64,000 bases of DNA from Paramoeba atlantica (taxonomy: Eukaryota > Protista > Discosea): contig CDRNVI010000080.1 in assembly GCA_977017575.1 (NCBI GenBank), positions 62,725 to 126,724 on the forward strand, read 5' to 3'. The number at the start of each line of letters is the position of its first letter. Position 1 is the stretch's first letter. The notes below the pieces were generated by a model, which worked only from the letters and a program-made list of their open reading frames with translations, did not search any database and had not been told where the DNA came from. The translations under genes were made by a program, and so were the position numbers. Below, in pieces: positions 22,201 to 33,013 of this stretch.

Positions 22201-22351
22201 GAACGACGAGGTTGTGAGAACTTGTGAAAGTAATCTGCGTATTCAATTTAGTTCAATACACATGAATATTTCAGCACGTAAAGCATAATATTTTATTATA
22301 TACCAAGGGAAGTGTTTATATCCACGTTTAAAAAGTTTTCATAAAAAGTTT

Positions 22352-22927
22352 ATGGTTGTGACCCGTTCGCAAGCGCGAGAAGCCGCGGATCGGGGGGAAG
22401 CCCTAACTCCCCCTAGCACCCCGCGCACCTCATCGCCGAAATCCCAGGCCTCACGACCTACGAGACAGGTGGAGACGCCTCCAGTTAGTGCCCGCCGGAA
22501 TTCTAATCTAGAAGAAATCCGGGGCCCGCATCCACGTACGCCTCTTGGTGTTTTGGGAAGCGTTGCAGGGGCAGTAGGCAGTACAGTATGGAACGGATTT
22601 TTCAATAACCAAGAAACGCAGCCTCAAGCGTCTGACTTTCCTAACACTCAGGCTGCGGCAGCGGCGCAGAATTCCCTTGAGCGAATAGTACAGCAGCTCG
22701 CGACGCAGGTTTCCAGTTTATCGGCTCAAGTGGCCCGGATGCAGTTCTCCGGTTCCAGTTGCCAGCCTCCAAGCGTCCTACAGCCACAGCTTCCATCTCC
22801 GCACGCTACGCTTCCACACGAACGTATTCTGGAGCAAAGCCACGTACCGCAGCAACAACGACAATTTCAGGAACATCGTCAGCCTGGGCCTTCAGATACT
22901 GCTTCGACTCGACAGGGAGGCTATTGA
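22352..22927 (+). CDS. Hypothetical protein, possibly a truncated gag-like N-terminus
   Basis: Starts MVVTRSQ; low-complexity S/P/Q with a short coiled-coil-like segment (LERIVQQLATQVSSLSAQV). Confidence 0.35.
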   Translation: MVVTRSQAREAADRGEALTPPSTPRTSSPKSQASRPTRQVETPPVSARRNSNLEEIRGPHPRTPLGVLGSVAGAVGSTVWNGFFNNQETQPQASDFPNTQAAAAAQNSLERIVQQLATQVSSLSAQVARMQFSGSSCQPPSVLQPQLPSPHATLPHERILEQSHVPQQQRQFQEHRQPGPSDTASTRQGGY

Positions 22928-23827
22928 ATATTGAAAAATAGTTTCCCATTCGTTAGTACTGTGAGAAAATGAATTATAGTAGCGCTACTAAGTGACATAT
23001 GTTGTTTTACTTTATACTTTATATATTGATGTACAAACATATTCGATGGATTTGACGAAGGGTAGGATTACATTAATGTATTTTACACTTGATTTGAGTT
23101 TTTCAATCTTCACGAATACAATTTTATACGAATGCGCTGATTATGAAGCGTATCATCCAAAGACAATGATGACTCAGTGGAACTTTGAATTCGGGTTTTC
23201 AGCTCAGCGTTCGACTTCATTGAAGAAAAGCAATAGATAATCGAATGAACCAAGAATAATAATCAAAAACGGGATAAAACGTGTATGCTTTCATACAAAC
23301 GTTATGAAAGAGAAAACTGTCAATATATTTTACTTTGTTTTTCTCCTACTGTGTCAAAACAAGATCACGCGAGATCATCCCCGCAGCCCCTCACATTTAT
23401 AGCTTTTAAGGTCATGTTTTCATAAATTCCTTCGTGGTGCATTATCAATGTCTAGCATCAGTCGCTCGCAGATATTTCTCACCGGTTTTGGGGGCCACTC
23501 GGGCCGTGCATGGGGTAGCTTTTAACATATTAAATTAGAACTACAATGCCGAATATGGCAAAAACGTGAATTGACGCTTAAAGAAATGATAAAAAATATC
23601 AGTGTTTTTCTGTAAACATTATTTATGAGCCTTGTCCCAGTTATTTTTTCTTGCATTCATGAAGTAGTGGTGCGAAATAATACTTAGTGTCGTAAAAATA
23701 TACGAATTTTTACGAACACTGTATTTATAGTACACTGTACTGTATAATATGCAGTATAAAAGGAAAAAATGTATTAAATATGTATATTTTTGAGATACAA
23801 TAAAATAGGATTCGGCCTTCATAAAGG

Positions 23828-24664
23828 GTGCATTTCATGAACCGCGGCGTTCTGCTTTTTTTGAGCTTTATTGCTCTTGAGCATACATGTATGTTTGTCG
23901 AATATGGTATGATGTACGATAACTCTGTGCATCGGGGTGCCAAAGTGCGCGGCGGAGTATTTCCTGATTACATGTGTCTGAATCTTCTTGTGTCAAAAAT
24001 GAAAACTTTTCCATCAGATTGGGAAAAACCGGAGTTGTCAGCATGTCAACGATGCGGCATCCGGTGTGATGCACAAGGTCGCGTGACCGAAATCAACTTG
24101 AAAAACAGAAACATGACAGGAAATTTATCTTGGGCTTATCTTCCCTCGAATATAATTTCTATAAACGTTGCAAAGAATCATATCTCCGGTGGATTATCGC
24201 TAGAGTGCCTTCCAAAGGGAATTATCCGTTTAAAAGGGCACAGCAATCGAATGAAATGCGATTTACGTTTGAATGACGCTCCATCAAAATTGCAATTCAT
24301 ATCAATTCATACGAACTTGTTCTTTGGTGAGGTAGCATTCGAGGCACTACCTGCTGATTTGAAAAAAATGGAATTGCACAAGAACATGTTCGCCGGTGGT
24401 ATCTCTCTGTCACTTTTACCTAATACGCTATCAGAATTGTATCTGCACGATAATCAATTGTCAGGCTTGCTTGTTTTAGATGCGCTTCCTTTTTCTTTGC
24501 GTTATCTTTCCCTCTCCAATAATTGTTTTGTTGGACATGTTAATCTTACACATCTCCCATCTGGGATGAAATTCTTGGCTTTGAAAAATAACAATATCAC
24601 GGTTGGTAGTCTTATGGGATTGCCGAAAGGTATGAAGCTCGACATTAGGGAAACAATTTGGTAG
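23828..24664 (+). CDS. Leucine-rich repeat protein (22-aa LxxLPxxLxxLxLxxNxFxG repeats), paralog 1
   Basis: Repeated LP..L..L.L..N motifs and a Cys-containing N-cap. The start may be a downstream Met. Confidence 0.82.
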   Translation: MHFMNRGVLLFLSFIALEHTCMFVEYGMMYDNSVHRGAKVRGGVFPDYMCLNLLVSKMKTFPSDWEKPELSACQRCGIRCDAQGRVTEINLKNRNMTGNLSWAYLPSNIISINVAKNHISGGLSLECLPKGIIRLKGHSNRMKCDLRLNDAPSKLQFISIHTNLFFGEVAFEALPADLKKMELHKNMFAGGISLSLLPNTLSELYLHDNQLSGLLVLDALPFSLRYLSLSNNCFVGHVNLTHLPSGMKFLALKNNNITVGSLMGLPKGMKLDIRETIW

Positions 24665-26478
24665 TCTAAAATACGAATTTTCAATTTAGCAAATTTACCA
24701 TCCAGACAACCAATATTCAGGAAGTCACGGAGATTCGATAAACCGCTTTATGGAGTTTTTTCCAGAGGCTAATGAGATTTCGAGTGTACTTTACAATAGA
24801 GAGTCAGTAAAACAGCTTTTCTAAAGGTCAGATGTGGACTCTCGTGACCTCCAGTGGCTGCCAGTGATCGCTAAGGTTGCACGGCATTGGACTCCCTGCA
24901 ACTTGGCGTCTTTTTTCGGGGCCACGGTGGACCACTGCTACTGGTCCTCGTTGATCATTTTGTACATGTTTAGTTGAACAGATATGGATTGTTACTATAT
25001 TTATTAAATGCTCGTTATTTGTTTCTAGATTCGAACTCTCCACGTATTCAAACTTATTGTGATGTGAAAATTGTACTGTCCTCGCTGCAGGGTGGACCGC
25101 CACGCGTCTTTGGGGGAACCTATACGGTGTGTAATGTGTGCGTGCACCATTGAAAGTGATGCAAACGATTCTTGCATCCAATGCCACAGGGTCTCTGTAA
25201 TCATAGGTACCAACTACCGTCCTCTGTGTAAAAAACACTAATGTGTAGTAAAAGAATTTTTGTCATCACACTTGTGTGCAAAGCAAAAACAGGTCACAAG
25301 TGCGAACAATGATTACCGCCCATATTCGGTTTCTACGGTACCACATAAAGGGCAATTAAGGAAAATCAAAAAATATTAAAACTTTAATGTAAGGAAATAA
25401 TTTCGTCCCACTGACTTTTCTCCGAAATTCTTTCGAATTTTCTTTGATTTATGTCGCTTCTTTAACCGCGGTGGTTGTTTTCAACGTAGAAGTGACCTCT
25501 GTTGTATGTATTAGTTCATCATTTCTTTATGTGAAAGACGCTTACCTTACTAAAATTGAGGAAGAAGAAAATTAAGAAAACTTTAATTAAGGAAATAATT
25601 TCGTGTCACAAAGAAATCTTCCTTAATTAAAATATTCCCTAATTACCATTTCTACGGTAATATGTAAACCACCCGTTTAACATACCTATACCTTGGATAA
25701 CATACCGGGGGGGTATGTTATTCTGGCCTGCGACACTTAACATACCCCCCCTCGTCCCACGGCTTTTTTTGTGCAACGGTACAAAAACCCAACCGTAATA
25801 TCACGTACTTTTTTAAACAAAATGTTTCTTTTATGCGTTTTTAGATGTATTTTGATACGTTTTAGCATTTAGTACTACACGCGGTACATCTTTAGATACA
25901 GGTTCTAACTAAAAAAGTTGAAATTTTTTTCAAAAAAAAATATCCGAACTTGACCGACCCGTTCTGCGGATACGAAGGGGGGTCACCCCCGGGTAGAGGG
26001 GTGGAAAATGCGCGCCAAGACCCCGGATACCCCTTCTGCGCCTTTATTTCGAAAAATAATTTTTTCAAAAAACTTCGTGCGGTATGCCCCCTTAATTTCA
26101 CAAGTACATACTACTCGAGTCCTAATATTAATCTGCTATTGAAATATCTCAAAATATTTTAACATACATGTATTTCTCATTATCTTTTTAACCTACTATC
26201 CATCTGTATGCTGAATTTCCAATATGATGCATCTTGTGGGCGAAAACCCCTGGGCCCCCCAAGGGTCGGATTTTTTTTGAAAATTTTTGGACCACCGGAG
26301 CCCCTTTTATAAATTTTTCTTCTATTATATTACTGTGTTCCTCTTTATATTTTCACTGTTTTTCACTTTTTTTCAATAATCGAGGGTAGAGCGGTAGTTA
26401 TACAACCACCGCAACATACCTACCTTGATGTATACATTGATAACATACCGGGGGGGGGGGGGGTATGTTAAATGGGTA

Positions 26479-26781
26479 CCGTAGACCCCCCCAGTAATAG
26501 ACCCCCCCAGTAACAAGGATTTGACCCTTTTTCGGCTGACCCCCAGTAACAAGGGTTTGGCTCGGGAGGGTCGTTGGAGGGGGGGGGTGATGGTGATGGT
26601 GGCTGGGCGGGGTGAGGGCGGTTGCGAGGGAGCGAATGGCGTGGTTGCGGGGTTGGATGGGCTGAAAATCAACGCACTCATGTACAAAAAATGTCTTTTC
26701 TCACCCAAAAAGCATACCCCCAGTAACAAGGATTTGGTCATTTTGACCCAAAATCAATTCTATTACTGGGGGGGTCTACGG
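26479..26781. mobile_element. MITE, 303 bp, 22-bp perfect TIR, flanked by TA (Tc1/mariner-like)
   Basis: TA|ccgtagacccccccagtaatag ... ctattactgggggggtctacgg|TA, with internal ccccagtaacaagg subterminal repeats. Confidence 0.75.
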
Positions 26782-27475
26782 TATGTGGTTTAAATAAAAT
26801 CGTTTTCTCTCGCAGCTTAATACTATACCCCCCCTACTTACATACACCCCCCTACCTGTATTTGTCACCCCTTTTTGGAGAAAAGTGACAAATAAGTAGA
26901 GGGGGCGGGTGTGTGACAAATAACTAGGGGGGTGGCGTTCATTAGGTGACAAATAACTAGGGGAGGTAGGTGTCATTGGGCGCGGCCAAAATAGTATAGT
27001 ATAGTAAAGTATCTATATCTCCTTGCAAGTTGTTTTCTTGCCATCATAGATAAAGGCTCGCATAAAGCCTACTTCATAAAAAGGTGAAACTCTACCCAGG
27101 TAGGGGAAGCACAGGCTGCCAGTTCTCAGAAAGGTCGCAGCGGGAAATTACGTCACCTTGCACACCAAACAAAGCACGGTACATGTTGTTCACTACATGA
27201 AGTGCACACGTGTTCTCTCCAGGCAATTGCTAAGGACATGTCATGCATACAATGAAGTATGATGATTGAGGAGCGTCAAGATGCTCGCATAGTCTCTCTT
27301 TGGATACTTTTATAAACTTAATAAAAAACGTGGTTCGCAGAAACTATAATATAGTAAAATACAGTTTTTTCATTGAATATAGTTACTATATAGTACTATA
27401 TTTACTATATTTTACTATAAAACTATAAGAAAACTATAAAGTTTTTTTCACTTTACAAGTTATATTTTTTGAGTC

Positions 27476-29613
27476 CTCTCCGCTTGTGAAGGACATACAC
27501 ACGCCTCTACATGCGTTCTTACACGTTTACATACGTATGATATGACAAGAAATTCTGAAAAAAATGTAACCCAAGCTAAAGTGGACGAGGGAGATACTAA
27601 AAGCACCTTTGGCAAACCACCATAAAAATGGAAGGGTATGTCCCTTAAAGATTCTTTTGGCACGTCGGAATCCTTTACAAATCGGGAGATATCATTCCAT
27701 TTTTGTGGTGGTTTAAAGGTGCTTTTGGAACCTCCCTCGTCCACTTTATCCTGGGTTACATAGCTATCGAAACATCCTCCCTCTTCCCCGCGATTCCATC
27801 ACCGCCGAAAAATATCATCAACTAGTGTGTCATCTCCTCGGAAATAGCAATGAAACGCATGCGAAAGGAGTGACGATAGGAAGTACAAACTCTCCACTCG
27901 ACAACACACCGCGTAATTTATTCAGACTCATATGATTGTATTTATTCAAACTCATAGAATTGTGAGCAGCAGTTATTCAGTCCCAAGACATAACGTCGGT
28001 GGCTTTTTTAGTAAAAACCAAATTTTTGAAAAAACATTCTAACAAAAAACAAAAATGTGATTCGGCATTATTCTAAGATATTCTAAGACACTTTGCGACA
28101 GTTTTCCCTGATATACAGTTGTATTTAATTACGATCGTATTTAATTACGGATATACTCGGATAGTGCCAGATACTAGTTATAGGTACTATAACTGGTACT
28201 AGATATAGACTGGTATAACTGGTACTAGATAGCGCCAGTACTACGGATAGTGCCAGATTTTCTGGTAAATAGTGTTATTTTTGTGCTCAGATGGCCAAAC
28301 TGAGCAGTTTCCCGTGCTGTTACCTCCTTTAAGGAGGTAAAACTGAGCACTATAACTTCAAAAAATACAATAAACAATATGAGCACAGATATCCTGTTTC
28401 TAAAAGATGTGTAAAGTAATACGCGGCAAAGTTTTTACAGATTGAAAGAATCCGTTAGACATCCTATCAATTAAAAACTCTTGCTTAGCATACAGCATAT
28501 TTTAACGTACTGTAGACCCTCCCCCAGTGAGAGAATCCAAAAATCCAAATCATTCCGGATTGCTCCGGATGGTCACTGGCAAGCCAGACCCTTCACAGAC
28601 AGATTTGGAAGTTCCGAGGCCGACGTACTCTACCAGTTTCCGCTTGTCCAAGGCGGCACCAACGTGCTGTTACCAACACGTTGCGTCGACGAACTGTACG
28701 TCAACACGGCTCACCCAAGAGGTGTGAGCCGGGTAAGGGAGCTGGGTCCCTGAGGGGAGGATCCGGGACGGTCCTCCGAGTACTGGACCTAGTCGGTTCT
28801 CGGCCCAGCCTCTTAGAGTGAAGCCGCCAGGAATATTGCGATGAGCGGGTTTGAACTCGCCATCTGAGCACCATGTGCTTCAAACTTTGAATTCTTGCCA
28901 CTCCGCCGCCTCCGCCTCCGCCAGTGAGAGAATGGATTTTGGGTCAAAATGGCTAAATTCTCCCTTACTCGGAAGTGTGCTTTTTTTCCTTTCTCTCAAC
29001 TTTTTTGACACTTTTTTCTATGTTTTATCTGAAAACGTGTTAAAACGCTTATTAAATAAGCGTACAGTGTTGTATTGAATTACGATCGTATTTAATTACG
29101 GATATATTTAATTACGATATTATTCAATTAAGATTATTTTCACCAAAAAAAATCCTTAAATTGTTTTGAGTTTTCAGTTTGAGTTTTTCGGGGATTGAAA
29201 ATGACAACTCCTATCGATGTCGCATTGGCAGTTGAGGTGAAAGACAAAGATGAACATCGAGAGGTTTGGGCAGCCGAGTCAATTCAGCGGATGACTGATC
29301 TTGTAAGAGCGTGCTGCTTAAAAGTTGTCATAATCCGATGGAATCGGAAGAATAGAAGTAACTTCTCTTATCCATCAGGGCTGATATAACATACACGTAT
29401 TAATTTTCTGCGGCTTTTACTCGTTCAACGCACTCGTTCAAAACAATTTACCTACAACATGTCATGTTCTTGAAAATAATGGATAAACAAAATTAAGAAT
29501 TTACTTACGATAATATTTATTTACGACATTATTCAATTACGATAGTATTTAATTACGATATTATTCAATTAAGATTATTTTCGCCGAAAAAAATCCTTAA
29601 ATTCGTAATTAGA
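27476..29613 (-). repeat. Inverted copies of 40271-40982 (27476-28187) and 41723-42603 (28335-29613, with a 384-bp insertion)
   Basis: Reverse-complement match. The spurious ORFs MDEGGSKSTF, MLSIQHILTY and MKMTTPIDV recur on opposite strands. Confidence 0.88.
28537..28920 (-). mobile_element. SINE-like insertion, 384 bp, with a 13-bp TSD
   Basis: ccagtgagagaat at 28524-28536 and 28921-28933; empty site at 42401-42413. The minus strand has A-box-like GGCGGAGTGG, B-box-like GAGTTCAAACC and a short GATTT(G/T) tail. Confidence 0.65.
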
Positions 29614-30318
29614 TAATATCGTAATTGAATACAACACTGTACGCAATAAAATTCATCGATGCCCTGTAAGATCATCAGTGGTAATCTCAGATTTCAAATG
29701 AACCGGTTGATCTTCGTCGACATGAAGTTCCCTCACTAAACAAGATAAATGGATTACCTCATTCGCGTGCTGAGACTATGTGGAACGTTAAAAATTAACG
29801 CAGGTTTCATAATATCGGAGTGCATCTGAAAAAAGCGGCGACATTTGCTGAGTAATGAGTCGCCAAATACGCAATTTGGCGACTAGGCAGGATTAAGAGA
29901 GGAAAAAGGCCAAAACTTGGGAACCGTTAAATGGCATTTTATACCGTCTTCTTGAAACGTTTGTTTTTACGTGGTATCTCGCCACAGATAATACGGGGTG
30001 CATTCGCCCGCAAAAGTGTTTCTAAGGACATATAGGCACATTTTCTTCCGTTTTTTGAAAGATTGAGATGAGAAACACCAAGAATGAAAACATTATGCAC
30101 CCCAGACGATTCATAGAGAGTTTTAGACTTAAAGAGTAATTTTTATCTAAATAGTGTGTAAAGAGACAATACAACTTTTTTTTTCACTGGGGGAGTAGAC
30201 AATATGGTGGAATTGGAACTACCATCGCAATATGAGTACAGCGTATGTCATTACAATCTTCATAATGTATTTTTCATAATGGACATTAGAATCGTGTATT
30301 TAATTATACATTAGAATC

Positions 30319-31224
30319 ATGTATTTAAATACACCGCGCATTCGAGCACGTCAATCCGTGACGCCTTTACTTCTGGCCATCTTATCGCTGCTAGCAGTCC
30401 TAAACATGGAGGATGCAACATTGAGGAAACGAAATAGCACGACGTTTCTTGCAGATAATAGTACATCCTGCTCAACACAAAACGAAGACGCGGATCTCTC
30501 CTCTTTATGTATGAGCCCGTCTGGGCTATGGGCGACACCACTTCCTTGCACGCCTGGCGCGAACTTCTCTCCTATACGACACTTTTCTCACACTCCCAAG
30601 TACCAACCGGATACTAACCGTTTTTTGTACCAGGGCCGACAGGACACCCCGTGGCCTTCACAGCGATCACACGCTCGTTTTCCTCAGGAAACTTTTCACA
30701 CCCAACGCACTCCGGAAATTCGGAACATGCCATCACAAAACCGATGCTCACTACTACACCCCCTGGCCACTTCGGTACCATCTCTCCGAAGCCCTGGGCT
30801 TCACAGATGCGCATCTGATACCGAGCTGCACTCATTCGTATGTGGTGATTTAGCCTTTGAGCCCCCTTTCGCACTTTCTGAGGGCACCAAGGATGATGCG
30901 AGCGTTAACAAAAAAGCTCTCACCCCATTGTTTCCGAACGCAATAAATATCCATCTATCAACTCCCGAAACAGCTTCAAAAAAAGTACGAGAACCGACTT
31001 TTCCCCCCACCTTGGAAACTTCGCATCCTGCTGACAATTCGTTTAAAGAACAGTCATTTCGCTCCGCAAAGCCACGTGGTTCCGCAAACACCGAAAGCTC
31101 TTTCTATGATTTTTGCGCAAACTTCCTTACGAACTGCATTATTTCTGTTTGGACCATTACGGAATACGCGCTTGTCGTGCTTGCACTTTGTTGCTTTGGC
31201 GTTCCCACAACGGTTTCCTTCTGA
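30319..31224 (+). CDS. Hypothetical protein with N- and C-terminal hydrophobic segments
   Basis: 301-aa ORF in the orientation of the cluster; no recognisable domain. Confidence 0.4.
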   Translation: MYLNTPRIRARQSVTPLLLAILSLLAVLNMEDATLRKRNSTTFLADNSTSCSTQNEDADLSSLCMSPSGLWATPLPCTPGANFSPIRHFSHTPKYQPDTNRFLYQGRQDTPWPSQRSHARFPQETFHTQRTPEIRNMPSQNRCSLLHPLATSVPSLRSPGLHRCASDTELHSFVCGDLAFEPPFALSEGTKDDASVNKKALTPLFPNAINIHLSTPETASKKVREPTFPPTLETSHPADNSFKEQSFRSAKPRGSANTESSFYDFCANFLTNCIISVWTITEYALVVLALCCFGVPTTVSF

Positions 31225-31650
31225 CACCTCAACGGTGATGCCCTACCGAACAGTGCTTGTACTGCGGTAGACATTTTCGCCATTTTTTCCGCTCTGTATC
31301 CTACTGGGACCTAGTCGAGCGGGGGAAAATCATTGGGGTAGGTAAGGTTTGCTTTTGAATCAAAACGTTCTTCCGGATCAAAAACGTTGGTAACAACTAT
31401 GCGTTGGATACGTAAGGTCGGATCCAACCGTGTGTTTGCAAAAAAAGTAGTATCATTCCTTCCTAGAAACTGTAATACATTATTATGAAATTACTGAATC
31501 ATTACAAAATTCTTCAAGTAACTGAATTTTTCTTTCTAATTATTGAAAAGTTTTCTACGTCATCTATACTTTTTGCGTTTTACGATAGCCTGGTAAGACG
31601 TTTTTGAATAAGTTTTGAATAAGTAGACTATATGGAACGACGTACACCGA

Positions 31651-31992
31651 ATGGGGAAAAATAAAGCAGCACGAAGTCGGGGTACAAAAGTGGAACTTCC
31701 GTACGATGCGGAAAACGATGACTTGCAATCTTTGTATTCAAAGTCGAACAGTAGTGCACAGATGCCTTCCGCAACCCGGACTTTGCAACGGAGCAAAGAT
31801 ACCTCTGACTCATTGGAACATTTTTCCAAAACTCTCGAAAATTCGTTAAGCACTACCTCATTAACCAGTGCTGTGGAATATCAGCAATCTCCTCTATTTG
31901 AGGTGAGAAAATCCGTTCCTTATAGTCGGTATGAAGTAGAGCTTACCTATCAAGCGGCACGAAAGAAGATATTTAACAGTGAGGCGGAATAG
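31651..31992 (+). CDS. Hypothetical small Ser-rich protein
   Basis: 113-aa ATG-initiated ORF in cluster orientation; no domain recognised. Confidence 0.3.
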   Translation: MGKNKAARSRGTKVELPYDAENDDLQSLYSKSNSSAQMPSATRTLQRSKDTSDSLEHFSKTLENSLSTTSLTSAVEYQQSPLFEVRKSVPYSRYEVELTYQAARKKIFNSEAE

Positions 31993-32431
31993 ACTTGTAA
32001 GCTCACGATCTGTTTGACATGTCAAGAGCTCAGCGCGTATACACTAAACAAAAAATTTAGTGCTGCAGATGGTTCGAATAAAACGTCGCAAGTTTGACAT
32101 AGCGCGTTTTCTCTTTTTGCAGATGCTTTGAATTTATGCGAAATCAATTTATTACACCATGTGAGAATTTGAGAGATTTAATATAGGGGGATTCTAGCCC
32201 CCTCCCTATGAAGAAAAGGACCAAAAGAGTCTAAAATTGGTACCGTAAGCCTTCTTTTCACTTTCATTAGTGTGGAGTCTCAAAATTGTAAGTCTTTTAC
32301 ACTATAAATCGTTTTCTATCCCTTTATCAAAGCGCGGTGTTTGCTTTGAGTCAGAAGGTCGTGCTACTGCGTTAGAAAAAAATCGTTTGCATTTATTTCA
32401 AGGTTTCTATTTTGGTTTCATAAAGTGTATT

Positions 32432-32725
32432 ATGCCCTCCGACGCGTTCTCGCTTTCTCCTCCCGTTCAAAGTAGTCTCCTGGGAGGAAAGGCAAAGAAA
32501 AAGAAGAAGAAGCCATTGACGGGGAAGATCATTGCTCGTCACAAGCATAAGACTGTAAAACTCGCGATCCTGAAATACTTTCAAGTTGAGGGAGAAGGGG
32601 ATATGCTAAGAGTCACCCGTACCCGAATGGAATGCCCAAATTGTGGTCCCGGGGTGTACCTTGCAAAGCACAAAGATCGACGATCCTGCGGAAAGTGTGG
32701 TCTTGCGTTGAACCCTCCAAAGTAG
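32432..32725 (+). CDS. RPS27A: 40S ribosomal protein eS31/S27a without a ubiquitin moiety
   Basis: GG-KAKKKKKK..KHKTVKLAILKYF..ECPNCGPGVYLAKHKDRRSCGKC. ATG at 32432. Confidence 0.88.
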   Translation: MPSDAFSLSPPVQSSLLGGKAKKKKKKPLTGKIIARHKHKTVKLAILKYFQVEGEGDMLRVTRTRMECPNCGPGVYLAKHKDRRSCGKCGLALNPPK

Positions 32726-33013
32726 GAAAGAGATAAGTATTCAAGAAGTAAGCGATCCAAGAGAAATTCCCTACTCGGTTGAACAAGACACATCAATTAA
32801 TCAAATGATATGATTTCCGCATGGGCAATATTCTTTATTCTTGTTTTTTATTCTTGAACTGAAGAAACTGAAGAAAACGCAATCAAAGACGTTACGTAAC
32901 CATACACAATACGCAGGTAAAAATAAGAGAAGCAAATATTGAACGCACGTTGACTTTCACTGTAAGTTCTATTCAAATTTAAACGTAGCTCGTGCTTATC
33001 CTCTTAATCTTCT

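Noticed and set aside
24690-25260. Minus-strand ORFs 24828-25238 and 25025-25213
   Set aside because: No recognisable motifs, opposite to the cluster orientation, and no repeat boundaries to support a mobile element call.
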